64,000 nucleotides of DNA, from contig OX597817.1 of the NCBI GenBank assembly GCA_951406725.2, positions 35,774,001-35,838,000 of the forward strand, read 5' to 3'. Below the pieces are notes generated by a model. That model was not told the DNA's origin. It did no database searches and was given only the letters and a program-made list of their open reading frames with translations. This DNA comes from Octopus vulgaris. Its lineage: Eukaryota. A program made the position numbers and the translations under genes. Positions 11,642-24,182 of the stretch are shown piece by piece; position 1 is the stretch's first letter; each line of letters begins with the position of its first letter.

Positions 11642-13040
11642 TATATATAGTTAACTCTATTGTAAACAATATTTGAGACTAAAAACCTAATTTATTTACA
11701 GAAACAATTTATGTTCCTCAAAATATGCTTTCTTTAGATACTGAATTAAAACTAAATATCATACTTAATTGGTACCGTTCAAAATAAGGCTAATTTTAAT
11801 TTATATATGTATGTTTTTTTTATAAGCAAGTATCTTTATCGTGAAGATTAAGATCAATTTAGACAAATAAAATTATAAAATAATAAAAATAAGTGATAAG
11901 ACTATAATAATTATTATTAATATGGAAAATATATTTAGGTATTTTACTATAAATTTTGTTTATAAAGTAAAATTTAGTCCTATTTAAAAATATCTTAAAA
12001 TTTTTCTGTTCATTTTTGTTTTGTTTTCAAACACTCAGAATTTTTCATAGGTATAAAGAAAAACTACACAAAAAACATTTTCAATTTCATTTTGTCAATT
12101 CTTTTACATCTTTGGTTAATGTTCTAACTTTGAAACAATGTTAAATATTAAAATTATTTGATTTAAAAAAAAATTATTTACTTTTTTTTTTTGTTTCATT
12201 CTCCTACATTTCTCCTTTTAAAAACATCTGAGAAATATCTTTTTATAGTGTAAAATGACATTTTATATTTAGTTTTTTTTTTCTTTCTTTCTTTCTTTTT
12301 TTTTTTTTTCCAAATTTTAATACAAAAATGATGCCTAAGATTGGCACAAGTGTTCAATTATAGGAAAGAACATAATCAATTATATTGACTCAAGTACTTA
12401 ACCAATATTTGATTCCAGAATGGCAAAATCAACTCTTGCAGGATTTGAACATAGGACACAGAAACTTCTAATATAAAATAATGAATCCTACCCCATTAGT
12501 AGTCTAAATTATTTTACTCCCTAATTGTCATTATATCATTTTTTTTTTTTATCTATCTTAGTCTTGCAAGTCAAAACTAATACATTTATGGAAGAATGGT
12601 TTTAATTTTATCTGTCTCCTGAAAGTAGAGCTACTATGATATACCTGCTACATTGTGATAAAAAAATTTTTTTAAAAAGCATCACATTTTTTTTTTCAGT
12701 GACTATTAATCCTTTTGACTTCTGACCTAAATTGTGAACCACCAATCTTTTATTTTGTTCATGGCTATCAGTGCTTCTGTGTGAGTATGCACGTGTGTGT
12801 GTGTGTGTGTGGTAACTGAAAAGGTTGGTAAATAGGATGAAATACAAAAATAATAAAAGAGAAAATTACTCAACTAACAGGTGGGGAAACACATTTGTAT
12901 GTGTTTCTATTCAGAAAATTAAAAGATAACCTTACAGTCCTCCAGTTTAAATTGAATGATGCTTTGGTGTGGTTACAAAACTCAACACCTCATTGCACTG
13001 ACTAGCATGTTTATTGTTGTTGTTATTATTATTATTATTA

Positions 13041-13705
13041 AGGCAGTGAGCTGGCAAAATTGTTAGCACACTGGGCGAAATGCTTAGCGGTAGTTCATCT
13101 GTCACTACTTTCTGAGTTCAAATTCTGCTGAGGTCGACTTTGCCTTTCATCCTTTCAGGGTTGATTAAATAAGTACCAGTTACGCACTGGGTTGGTGTAA
13201 TCGACTTACCCCCACCCACCTGCAAATTTCAAGCCCTGTGCCTATAATAGAAAAGATTATTACTATTATTATTATTATCGCCGCAGCAGTCTGGGACAAT
13301 TGTCAGCATGCTGGCCAAAATGCTTAGTAGTATTTCTTCCGATTTGAACTTCAGAGTTGAAATTCCATCAAGACCAAGTTTGCTTTTCATTCGTTCAGGA
13401 TTGATAGAATAAGTACCTATTGAGCTCTAAGTTCAATATTATCAACAGAATTTCAGAAAAGATTATTATTATTATTATTATTATTAAGGTGGCAAGCTGG
13501 CAGAATTGTTAGCACATCAGACAAATTGCTTAGCAACATTTCTTCTGGTTCATTTACATTCTGAGGTCAAATTCTGTCATGATCAACTTCGCCTTTTATC
13601 CTTTTGGCATTGGTAAAATAAGTACCGGTTGTGCACTAGGGCCGCTGTAATCAACTAGCACCCCCTCCTCCAAATTTTCAGGCTTTATGGTTATAGTTGA
13701 AAGGC
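13041..13705 (+). mobile_element. three head-to-tail Meta/MESC-like SINEs separated by (TTA)n
   Basis: Heads at about 13041, 13277 and 13486; gcctttcatcctttcagggttgattaaataagtaccag core. Confidence 0.85.
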
Positions 13706-14258
13706 CTGTTATTATTATTACTATCATTATCATTATTTAACCACACATCTCACCTTCTGCTTCCCCACATTTTCTCTTTCAAATTTCAACAGATCTGTCA
13801 CATTTACACTATCTCATTCTCATTTTATTGGCTCTTCCTCTTACCATTTTAATATATACAGTTTTTTGGGGTTCTTTTCTAACCCTCTTATTCCACCTTT
13901 GCCTATGCATCATAAATCCATTGCCATTTGTACCAGATGTCCTTGTATTTATGTTAAGTCTCAGCCATAAAACATCACTGTCCATTGATTAAACACAGCT
14001 GTCATCTGTTCTTTTTTCATTTTATATTCCATTTAACATTGTTTCTTTTTCAGCAAATTTGCAATTTTTTTAATCCTGTTAAAAACCAAAAATAAATGAG
14101 ATAAAGTTGATTTGTTTTAGATTTCCCAAATATTACATAGCCAGAATATCAATTAACTCATTATTGCATTCCATGTGGTTGCTACTGGTTTCTCAATTTT
14201 GGGGCAGCAACTTTCTAACAAATGCCTCAAGTAACAAAATATATGTATATGTATATGT

Positions 14259-14542
14259 GGAGGCGCAATGGCCCAGTGGTTAGGGCAGCGGACTCGTGGT
14301 TGTAGGATCGCAGTTTCAATTCCCAGGCCGGGCGTTGTGAGTGTTTATTGAACGAAAACACCTAAAAGCTCCACGATGCTCCGGCAGGGGGTGGTGATCC
14401 CTGCTGTATTCTTTCACCACTCTTTCTTCTGTTGGCCTGCTCACTTAGCCAGCAGGGTGGCGTCATTGGAAGGCTAAAACAATGTGAACACATTGTGACC
14501 AGCGATGTGTAACAACATCTGATGGTCTTGTCGGTCACGTGA
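14259..14542 (+). mobile_element. tRNA-derived SINE in a (TA)n tract
   Basis: A box TGGCCCAGTGG, B-box-like GTTTCAATTCC; tail ...tcggtcacgtga(TA)n. Confidence 0.85.
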
Positions 14543-14666
14543 TATATATATATATATACATATTGTACTAATGGGCAACAATGGTAAGAAGTACTCAATA
14601 GAGATTAATAATTTATTTACTGATTGAGATACACACACACACACATGTACATATACAGATATATAT

Positions 14667-14990
14667 TGGTTGTGTGATAAGAAGTTTGCTTCCTAACCAC
14701 ATGGTTCCAGGTTCAATCCCACAGTGTAGTATCTTGGGTAAGTGTCTTTTACTACAGTTCAGGTAGACTGAAACTGAAAAAAGTCCATCATATATATGTG
14801 TGTGTGTGTGTTTATGTTTGTCCCTCTCCACTACTTGACAACCAGTTTTGGTTTGTTCATGTCTGTAACATAGTGGTTCAGGGACTGATAGAATAAGTGC
14901 TGGGGTTAATTCATTTGACTAAACTAAACTCCAAGCCAGTGTCCAGCAAGGCTGCAGTCCAATGACCATAAGTAAAATGTGAAAGGTATA
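14667..14990 (+). mobile_element. decayed CORE-type SINE (OR2-like)
   Basis: Similar to the better-preserved copy at 20198. Confidence 0.7.
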
Positions 14991-15719
14991 TACATATACT
15001 AATAGCCACACTTTGCATGTTGACATGAAAGCGCTCACTACAATAATCTTGGTTGTCATTTCAATGTAGATTTTCTTTGTCAATGCTCCTCGTGAGTTGC
15101 CAACCAGATAGAGGTATCCTTAATTTGGGAGTCTTCTACCTCTTAATTAGCTTGTCATGTATCATCATCATCATTTTAATGCTGACAGGGTCCAGCATCA
15201 GTTTTTATGTGGTTTCTATTGCTGTATGTCTTTTCCAATGCCAACCTCTTTACAGGCATGTTCTGAGAGCTTTTCTTCATGCCACTGGCAAAAGTGAGTC
15301 TTGCCAGGTAACTTGCAAGACTGTAAAAGAACAGGGCGAAAGGAAAGGGGAAAAATCTCCTGCTATTAAGTGGTAAGGAGCATTTTAACTGGGGCTGTGT
15401 TTTTATGTCAGGTGTTGAAAGTATGATAGAGGGATAAGCACGGGCGTCTTGCTATAGAAGGGATATATAGTTGGTCAACTAAACTCTTCAAGGTAGTGTA
15501 TGTATGCATTTATTCATTTTAATATCTATCTTCTCCATGCTACTATGGGTTTGGACGAAGAAATATTTGAGGCAGGATGTTATTTTTATTGGTTGCCAAC
15601 TATTATCTTTATGTATGGGTTTTCTGGTTTTATTTTTCAAATTTCTTAGTGGAGAAAGTGTTGGTTTCTTAGCCTAGCAAAATGGCTCTTTCATTTAGAC
15701 AACATCAACAAGATAATCA

Positions 15720-15935
15720 TGTATTTAAACCAGCCATATCCAGCCAAAATGTTCTACCAGTTTTATGTTCAAACTGGTCAGATCTAGCTTTTCACATCTA
15801 CCCTACAATGTCATTTTAGAAATAAATAATCATATCTTTGAAATCTCAAAGCAACTAGACAATACATGGTTAACTTCAAAAAATATGAATAAATAAGCAT
15901 TACATTTGACAAGTAATCTGAATGCTAAAGGGTCA
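15720..15935 (+). mobile_element. piggyBac-type MITE (ccctttagcat TIR family); sister copy at 30682-30879
   Basis: Right end aatgctaaaggg; internal sequence matches the 30682 copy. Confidence 0.65.
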
Positions 15936-16019
15936 AACTATACTTGCATACATGTGTGCAGGCATAAATGTCATTACAAATGTGGATCTGTATATTCGTG
16001 TATAATGCACTTATTACAT

Positions 16020-17230
16020 GCCAAACTTTTATGATGTTCTACGAAATTTGATAGTGTGTTTGGCTTGTAGCTATTATCTCATGATTAAGCATACTTTTTC
16101 TGAATTTTGCAATTCAGCTTCTCAAGATTTCTACTGAATCAGTCAGTCATATAACTAAGTGCTCTAATAATTTTAAGTAGAAATTTGAAACAAAAGTCTT
16201 GATAGATAAGCCTCATATTCCTTATCAGTTTGGCACATATGTTTTATTTTTCACTAATCTTCAACACTTTTAACAACTAATCTACAAAGTCTCTTTTCTC
16301 TATCCTTGGTCAGTATATATAATCTGTTGTGCTTGCATTTTATCGAAGTCTTGATAGGAAAATTCAACCAGTATTCTTTCAAATGAGAGATTATACTCTC
16401 CTCATCACTGTAACCTTTTGTATTCTCAGGAGTATCATTTCTGTAGCTTTTGTTGTATGTAAAGTTCTAGCTACAACATCATGCTTCATAGGTAAGTACT
16501 GTGATGACATCTTGGGGTAACAATTTATATAAGATGGCAACAATTTTAATTCCCCTGAGCCTGCATCCCTATCTCTTGTGTACATTTATATTCAAAATGG
16601 TGGACCAGGGCAAAATGAGTTTGCCTGTAGCCTTGATAATAATATCTGAAACTTTAGCACAATAAGAGGACTCTAGCATCCACAAGTGAAGAAAATAATC
16701 AAATACTTTCTCATAATCCCGCCAGAGTGTAACCAAGTTCCTCCTGTGTCACTTTATTTCTAACATCATGAGTTTGATAATTAAGAATTCTTCAGTTGTG
16801 ATCCTAGAGAATTAGGTTCAGACTGGCTGTATACATTTTATACATGTTCTTGCAGTTGATCAGTAGTTTTATTTACCATGTGGGTGCCATTGTTTTGGGG
16901 TATCAGTTTTGTTTCTGCTGGCACCAACCAGCTTATGTTTGTATCGTTATTGAGAGCTTGTTGGCAAAGGTTAATAAGGTACCTCTGATAAAAGGTAAGT
17001 TTTTGTACCATTTTAGAGTTTCAAGCGTTTCATCATTAATGCACAGAAGTAATGTTTCTTTCGGATTCCATCTAACCATCCTACATTCTAACTGAACTCT
17101 TTTGCCTCATTTAGACCATAGGGTGATCTTATTTTACCTGATGTTTTTCTTGATCCTTCTCCCGCAGTGTTGATATTGTCATTTCCAACCATTTTGTTTC
17201 CTGTAAATTAGTTGTGAATTCTTGCAGCAG
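16020..17230 (-). mobile_element. decayed R4/Dong-like non-LTR retroelement fragment
   Basis: Minus ORF ...INCYPKMSSQYLPMKHDVVARTLH matches the C..Y..RHD.VA..LH segment between the Zn knuckle and the RLE domain; boundaries approximate. Confidence 0.55.
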
Positions 17231-18041
17231 TACTAGATCATCTTGTAGCTTGTAAGGTCAAAGATCTAAAGAAACCCCTAAAACTGAGGGAGAATAGACA
17301 AGAAACAGAGCAATAGGTACCAGTTGGTTACTGGGATTGAGGCAAACAACTTATCCCCTCCCCTTAAATTGTTGGCCTTTTGCCAAAATTTCAAATCACT
17401 ATTAAAGATGATATTCATTGTATTCACAATATAATATCCCACACTAAATATATGACTTCTCTCATCAAATGCATCTATGTATGTATTAGTATGTTCATCC
17501 AATCATTTTCGCATACATTTTTTTCTATGTTACATGGGTTACATTATGGAGGCATTGTTTTACAACCAGATGCTCTTCCTGCCACTAATGAATCCCTGTT
17601 TCAACTATGGGGAATCTTATTCCACACATTTTTAAAAGTACAGAGCCAGTAATGAGTTCTACCACTTGCAGTTCAATAGTTTTTCATGCAAAGTGCACAG
17701 GATGTAAGCATTCCCACTGTTACATGATGGTCCTTGTGCAGTTACTGTCTGGCATCTTCACTCCTAAGGCATTGGCCATCCTGGAATACAATAGAAAATA
17801 CTTGCTCAACATGCTACGCAGTGTGACTAAACCCCAAACCACACACTGTCAAGCGAACTTCTTAACCACAGAACCATGCCTGCACCTATGACAAAAATGA
17901 TTTCATTCAAACACATATATATGTGTATGTATATATATATAAGTTCAGCAAAATTTAGGTTCAGATGAATATGGTACTTAAGTTAAAGGCACCAGAATTT
18001 TGTATGGTATTATCCATATAAATCAAATGGAATGATTATAA

Positions 18042-18235
18042 TCAAAATAAGCAACAAGGATATCCAAGGTAGTGTAGTACAATTGTTTCATGCTACTTCA
18101 TTTTATTAAACTTTAAGTATTACATCAGCTTTGCTCGACATTTTAAAACTGATGTAATACTTAAAGTTTAATAAAATGAAGTAGCATGAAACAATTGTAC
18201 TACACTACCTTGGATATCCTTGTTGCTTATTTTGA
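18042..18235. repeat. perfect 87-bp inverted repeat with 20-nt spacer; contains the hammerhead 3' half GAAACAATTGTA
   Basis: 18042-18128 is the exact reverse complement of 18149-18235 by manual comparison. Confidence 0.93.
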
Positions 18236-18297
18236 GTATATATATATTGTCTTGTGTGGACTGTCCCAAAATGTGGCTGCTCAATACCATAGCAGAG

Positions 18298-18453
18298 ATG
18301 ACTATTTTATTTTGGTTGAGTCAGTCTCTTGCTACTCTGAGTTTCACTTGTAGATGCATAGGATCTTCAGACAACTTGCCTGATGATCTTGTACATCTAC
18401 CAGTGAAACTCAGAATAAGAAAAGACTGGCTTGGCCAAAATAAAATAATTCAT
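18298..18453. ncRNA. foldback element with degenerate hammerhead motifs on both strands
   Basis: Plus: CTTGC-CTGATGA-tcttgtacatctaccagt-GAAA-CTCAGAA-TA; minus: CTGAAGA-...tacaagt-GAAA-CTCAGAG-TA-GCAAG; arms 18298-18370 and 18380-18453. Confidence 0.7.
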
Positions 18454-18479
18454 ACATATATATATATATATGTGTATGG

Positions 18480-19200
18480 ATGATCATAATTTTCATTGCC
18501 ATTTTTCTCATCTTGCATTTACTGGATGAGTCTCACAACACTTTGCATTCTTTTGTCATCTCTTTTCTAACATTCAGCTTCCTGAAGTAAACTTTTACCA
18601 CTTCTACATTGGTCTTTCATCAGGCTTCCTCAATCACATCTTCCTTAAATTTGGCTTTCCTAGCATTTCTTTACCCAACTGCCGTATATATGCATTACAT
18701 ATCCATACCAGTGCAATCTAACAGATATTGCACACCAGTGGAATAGGCTTGCTTCAGTTCTTTATAACCTTTGCAATTCAATCCACTGCAGTTCTTACAT
18801 AAGTATTATACAATCTACCTTCCTTTGTTCAAACAGAGAATACTTTTATTTCCAGCAGAGCGAATAGCTTTTCAAACATTTTCTACTCTTATGCTTTCAG
18901 AGCATCCATCTCTACTCATAACAGAATCTTTCAACTACTTGCAAACATTGGAGAGAATTTTTTCCTATGGTGTTCTTGTACTCTTAATATTTTTACTGCT
19001 AAATATTCCTCTGCTTCTACAACATACAAAGGCTTTTTTTTTAACCTTCAACTTGCTTTCTGATTCCACTGCATCTCTTATACACTTACAATCTACATTG
19101 AATACACCATAAAGAAATTCTTGTTATCTTATAGTCATTACACTAAACATTGTTATATTCATTATGAATTCGTTTTGTGAAGTCTGACTTTCTGGTAAGG
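18480..19200 (-). mobile_element. highly decayed RTE-like LINE RT C-terminal fragment
   Basis: Minus-strand remnants resembling CSESI...LL and GRLY..YVRTA. Confidence 0.45.
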
Positions 19201-20197
19201 TGTTAAACTATTGAGCTTTTAAATCTTGGATCTGTGTTAGCTCTATATATGAAAGAGTGGCTTCAAGTAGAAACGTTACATAGCTTGAAAGGACCATATT
19301 TTTTTCATACACATTTCTTTGTTTTTGTTCTACAAATGAAAAGTATTTTAAACAGATATCCTCCATTTTGAATTTCATTTTAGAAGAGTATAACATACTT
19401 CAAGATTATTTATGAAATAACTGAAGACAGTTACTTAAATAGTTTTTAGACAATAATATGGCTTGAATATATTTTGCAGACATTTTTGAAATACACAGTT
19501 ACATAAATTCTTTATATCTAATATAACAGTCCATTTGGTATAAGATGACCTTGTGTTTATTATTGACTTTCTTGTTGACTCAGAAAATTCAATTTGATAA
19601 TACTTTATTCAGTCCACCTGAACTTTCCTCTGCTTCTATAATACAAAGCCCATCATTTAAAAACCATAATTGATTATTTTACTACAGAAGATTTTTGTTA
19701 GGTTATATAACAAAAACCAGCTTAAGAAAACAAAAACTGTGCTATTAAATTCCTTCAACACTTTTCGGTTATTTTCAAAGTTAATTGAAACAAAAAATTG
19801 TTTTATTGAAAAGCAATGCACCAGACGATATACATTTTGAAAGAAAAGTGTTTGAAATATAAGAAAACAAAGAAATATTTCCTTATATTTCAGGCATTAA
19901 GCAGTTAAAGCATTATCAAATCAGAGATTGCCATGTACAGACTTAAGCTACAAATAGTTATCTCTAATTTCTGATAATTTGTTAACTACTTTTTTCTCTG
20001 CAGAAGGGTGGTTCACCCAAAATATATGGAATTAGTAATTAATCCTGGACTCTTCAGCAGTTTTATGGTGCTTCAAGTGTTGTATAAAATTTGAAATGAG
20101 GCAAGACTGCAGTCATTCAGTTTACTAGAAATAGCAGTCAAGTTTCCCTCAAAACACCATTTTACTGGACACATTAAACAGTGTAGTCCTAAACATA

Positions 20198-20562
20198 GGC
20201 GCAGGAGTGGCTGTGTGGTAAGTAGCTTGCTTACCAACCACATGGTTCCGGGTTCAGTCCCACTATGTGGCACCGTGGGCAAGTGTCTTCTATAGCCTCG
20301 GGCCGACCAAAGCCTTGTGAGTGGATTTGGTAGACAGAAACTGAAAGAAGCCTGTCGTGTATATGTATATATATGTGTTTGTCTCCCCAACATCGCTTGA
20401 CAACCGATGCTGGTGTGTTTATGTCCCTGTAACTTAGCGGTTCGGCAAAAGAGACCGATAGAATAAGTACTAGGCTTGCGAAGAATAAGTCAGGTCGATT
20501 TGCTCGGCTAAAAGGCGGTGCTCCAGCATGGCCGCAGTCAAATGACTGAAACAAGTAAAGAG
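20198..20562 (+). mobile_element. CORE-type tRNA-derived SINE (OR2-like)
   Basis: Head ggcgcaggagtggctgtgtggtaag; CORE-like tggcaccgtgggcaagtgtcttctatagcctc; tail gactgaaacaagtaaagag. Confidence 0.85.
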
Positions 20563-20959
20563 AGTATACTCTTCTTTTCATTTAACATTTGTTTTCCATG
20601 CTGGATGGTTTGACAAGAGATGGCAAGGCCAGGAGCCACAGGTTCCATAGTCTGTTTTGGCATGGTTTCTACAGCTGGATGCCCTTCATAATGCCAACCA
20701 CCTTACAGAGTGTACTGGGTACATTTTACATGGCACCAATGCTAAAATAAACTATACAACATGGAAAGACTTGTTAATCATAGGTCTGCTCTGTGAGAGT
20801 TAACCTAGGAATAAACACCAATAACTTTGAAAATTAGATATTGGGAGATGGAGGTGATTAAAATATAGTGAAACGAAATAGTATTAGGTATCATGATCAT
20901 TTTCAACCTTCTCAAGTTTTTCTTTGACCTTTGTATAGATGTTATTATTATTATTATTG

Positions 20960-21430
20960 AATGACAGCAGTGCATGCCATCAAAGTGACACTGGGGTAAA
21001 ATATACGAAGCCCAGCATAACCCATCATGACTACCCACCTGATAAGGGTACACCAGGTGCATGCATCACAAGCATATGTGCGCAACATGGTGATCTCATA
21101 TCAAGATAAACAGCACATGACCTTGCAGGTGGGGCCCAGTTAGAATTTTCTTCTGGTCGAGTAACCCATCCCACTCAAAAGGTCCCTGAACAAGGGTTGT
21201 TTAAGGATGTTGAACGAAACACCCATGTTTCCAGAGGTGAATTATTCAAACCCCAAAGAATCCCTCTCAACACATGGCTATGATGCTCCCTCACTACTTC
21301 TGCTCGTGATCAGAGATGCACATATCGTCAGCCACTAAGGGACATGCTCAACTGGTTATGGTCAAGCAAGCAAATCTGTGGTATTGAGCAGAATATTTGC
21401 TGTAGCCCATCTTTTATACCAAGACAAAAT
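20960..21430. mobile_element. non-coding element of about 470 bp inserted in (TTA)n; copies at about 51485-51960 and 58100-58578
   Basis: Near-identical sequence gtgcatgccatcaaagtgacactgggg...tgtagcccatcttttatacc, bounded by TTA tracts on both sides. Confidence 0.85.
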
Positions 21431-22530
21431 TATTATTATTATTATTCTTTTTCAATGACATGGCATACCAAATCAAAGAAACATCTTGATACTGAAGCGA
21501 ACAGTGCCCCAGACATAAAGCAATATGTTGATTAAAGCATTAATTGAAGGACATTCAAATGGAAGTCCTGGTACTATAACAGTGGAGCAAGCAAACTGGC
21601 TGCTTATGTCAGCAACAGTATACATAGTAACAAAGACAATGGAGTAACTTCTATATATTTGCTTGATATGCAAGAAATAGCAGCCTAATCTTTCTCAAAG
21701 CATGGTGTACTGTTTTGTGTACATTTGTCTGTATGTTGTAGAATACATACTACTGAGACATTGTTTCCCCAACTGGATGTTCTTCATATTGCTAATTCTT
21801 GCCTATTTTTGTATTTTTATTTTTAAGTAAGGCAGTTATCATTTAACTTCGTCAAAACAAAATGCTTTGTTGACAGATAAATGTCAAGCATCATTATCAA
21901 TAACTTATTCATACAAAGTGCAGAATGTATATATATACACTTTCACACAAACACTAGGCTTTGACACTTTTCATCTATATTGGTCAATCTGGGGACCTGC
22001 AACAGAAGACACTTACCCTAGGTGCCATACAGAGAGACCGAATCTGGAACCACATGGTTGCTAAGTGAAGTTCTTAACTACACGGCCATTCATTGATGTA
22101 GTCTGAGATGCATTATTCCTGATGATCATGAAAAACCTTTGGTCAGAGATGTCTTCAATCAGGGTTAAACAGCTATAATTAACCCAGAAGGTAATGAGCC
22201 AATGAAGATGTCCCTTTGTGGTCACTCACCCCGTTAGAAAATATAGCCAATTTCCCCTCAAATTACACTTTACAGTTTTAAATTAAAAAAAGGTTACATT
22301 TGATAATATAGAAGAAAAATGTGATGGTCACAACTGACCTGGGGTGAAATAACAGCAATGACCCATTTAGGAAGTAGGATTTCATATTTAAAGATATAAA
22401 TTTTATTTTATAGTTTGTCATATATTCAAAACTTATTGTAAATGGGATGGAAGGTGTTATGCACTTTAGAATAAAAATAAATCCTTGCTAACCTTCAGAT
22501 TCCAATTTTGATTCTTGGCAAGCTATTTCA

Positions 22531-22830
22531 TTATTAACTCCACCTTAACGAAGGCAGAGGTATTGTTTTCAGTCATGCTTGTTTGTCCGTGGACAAGATA
22601 TCTCAAGAACCGCTGGATGGATTTGGATGAAACTTTCAGGGATGTTTGGCCTCGTGACTAGCATGAACTTATTAAGATTTGGGGATTGATCCGGTACTGG
22701 ACAAGGATTCTGGATTATTTTTTCCTGTAATTTTTCTTAATTTTTGAGAGCTGTCAGGTTCATTTTTAGTATTCTCGTTTGTGAGAGCAGTTGAGATTAG
22801 CAGAGTTTTGTGCTGAGTGCCCTTGTTCTT
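22531..22830 (+). mobile_element. Helentron-associated (HINE/DINE-like) non-autonomous element
   Basis: Start ttattaactccacc...gaggtattgttttc; internal ggatggatttggatgaaactttc; end agagttttgtgctgagtgcccttgtt. Confidence 0.6.
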
Positions 22831-22998
22831 ACTATGTTTATGTTCTTAAAAGAGGCATGAATACTACAGCTTCAGTAAATATGCAATTGTCTGAAGGAAA
22901 GCTTTATTTTGTACCTAGCTAAATTGTAGAATAATATAATATATATATGTAAATATCAAGCAATGAGGAGTGCTCAACACTGCATTGCTGGATAAAGA

Positions 22999-23082
22999 TT
23001 GTTTGTGTATTAAGGCTACCATTGGTTTCATGTTAAAGAAATTCTCAACATGAAATCAATGGAAGCCTTAATATACGAATAA
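22999..23082. repeat. short inverted repeat with hammerhead 3' half (minus strand GAAACCAATGGTA)
   Basis: Arms 22999-23034 and 23047-23082; TA repeats nearby on both sides. Confidence 0.7.
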
Positions 23083-23090
23083 CGTATATA

Positions 23091-23447
23091 TCATCATCAT
23101 CGTTTAGCATCCGCTTTCCATGCTAGCATGGGTTGGACGGTTCAACTGGGGTCTGGGAAGCCAGAAGGCTGCACCAGGCCCAGTCTGATCTGGCAGTGTT
23201 TCTACAGCTGGATGCCCTTCCTAACGCCAACCACTCCGTGAGTGTAGTGGGTGCTTTTAACGTGCCACCGGCACGGAAGCCAGACGAGGCTGGCAACGGC
23301 CACAATCGGATGGTGCTTTTTACATGCCACTGGCACGGAGGCCAGGCGGGGCGGGGCGGCGCTGTCAACGGCCATGTTCGGATGGTTCTCTTATGTGCCA
23401 CCGGCACTGGTATCACAGCTACAATTTCCACTGATGTTGATCGATTT
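23091..23447 (-). mobile_element. near full-length (GAT)n-tailed SINE
   Basis: Same family as 4560 and 62190. Confidence 0.88.
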
Positions 23448-24004
23448 ATAAAAAGAATTAACAGAATGAGATAAAAATCCAAGGCTGTGAAAGATTACAG
23501 AACATCTATAAATAGGTCTTACAGCTGTTTCCTGGATATTTTATATATCCCTTCATCAGAGATGGTGTGAGAAAATGGTTAAGCAATAGTTACTCTAGAG
23601 AAGATATGAAATAGAGTGAAGTGGAGGAATGAAAATGGATGTGAGATATGCAGGGATATTGTATCTGTAGTTCCATTATTTAGGCAGAATGGTATACATA
23701 TAAGATTCCTATACCTTCTGAGAAAGTTCCAATAGTATTTAAAATTGGAACTTACAAGGTATAGGAATCTTATATGTATACCATTCTGCCTAAATAATGG
23801 AACTACAGATACAATATCCCTGCATATCTCACGTCTATTTCATATCTTATCTAGAATAACTATTGCTTAACCATTTTCTTGCACCGTCTCCAATGAAGGG
23901 ATATATAAAATATCCTGGAAACAGCTGTAAGACCTATTTATAAATGTTCTGAAATCTTCCACAGCCTTGGATCTTTATCTCATTCAGTTAATTTTTTTTT
24001 ATAT
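23448..24004. mobile_element. about 560-bp foldback element with hammerhead motifs on both arms
   Basis: Arms about 23448-23717 and 23756-24004; minus arm TCT-CTGATGA-A-GGGATAT-ataaa-ATATCCag-GAAA-CAGCTG-TA-AGA. Confidence 0.88.
23516..23563 (-). ncRNA. minimal type I hammerhead motif with palindromic helix III ACAGCUGU
   Basis: Core CTGATGA and GAAA intact, GUA cleavage triplet, stem I (G)TCT/AGA(C); stem II closure imperfect; the plus-arm copy has a mutated core (CCAATGA). Confidence 0.7.
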
Positions 24005-24148
24005 ATACACATGCTGATATATGACTGATGTTGGACTCCTCATTCACATAATCTGCGAACCTGGAGCTTAACGATAGTCTATCCATAGCACTTACTCAGC
24101 ATCACCTGATACCTTTGGGTCTTATTGACACCATTAGCTCTCTCTTAT

Positions 24149-24182
<34 letters not shown>

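Noticed and set aside
14259-14335. tRNA gene candidates (also 32772, 39596, 46691)
   Set aside because: A and B boxes are present but the cloverleaf is imperfect and runs directly into SINE bodies; these are SINE heads
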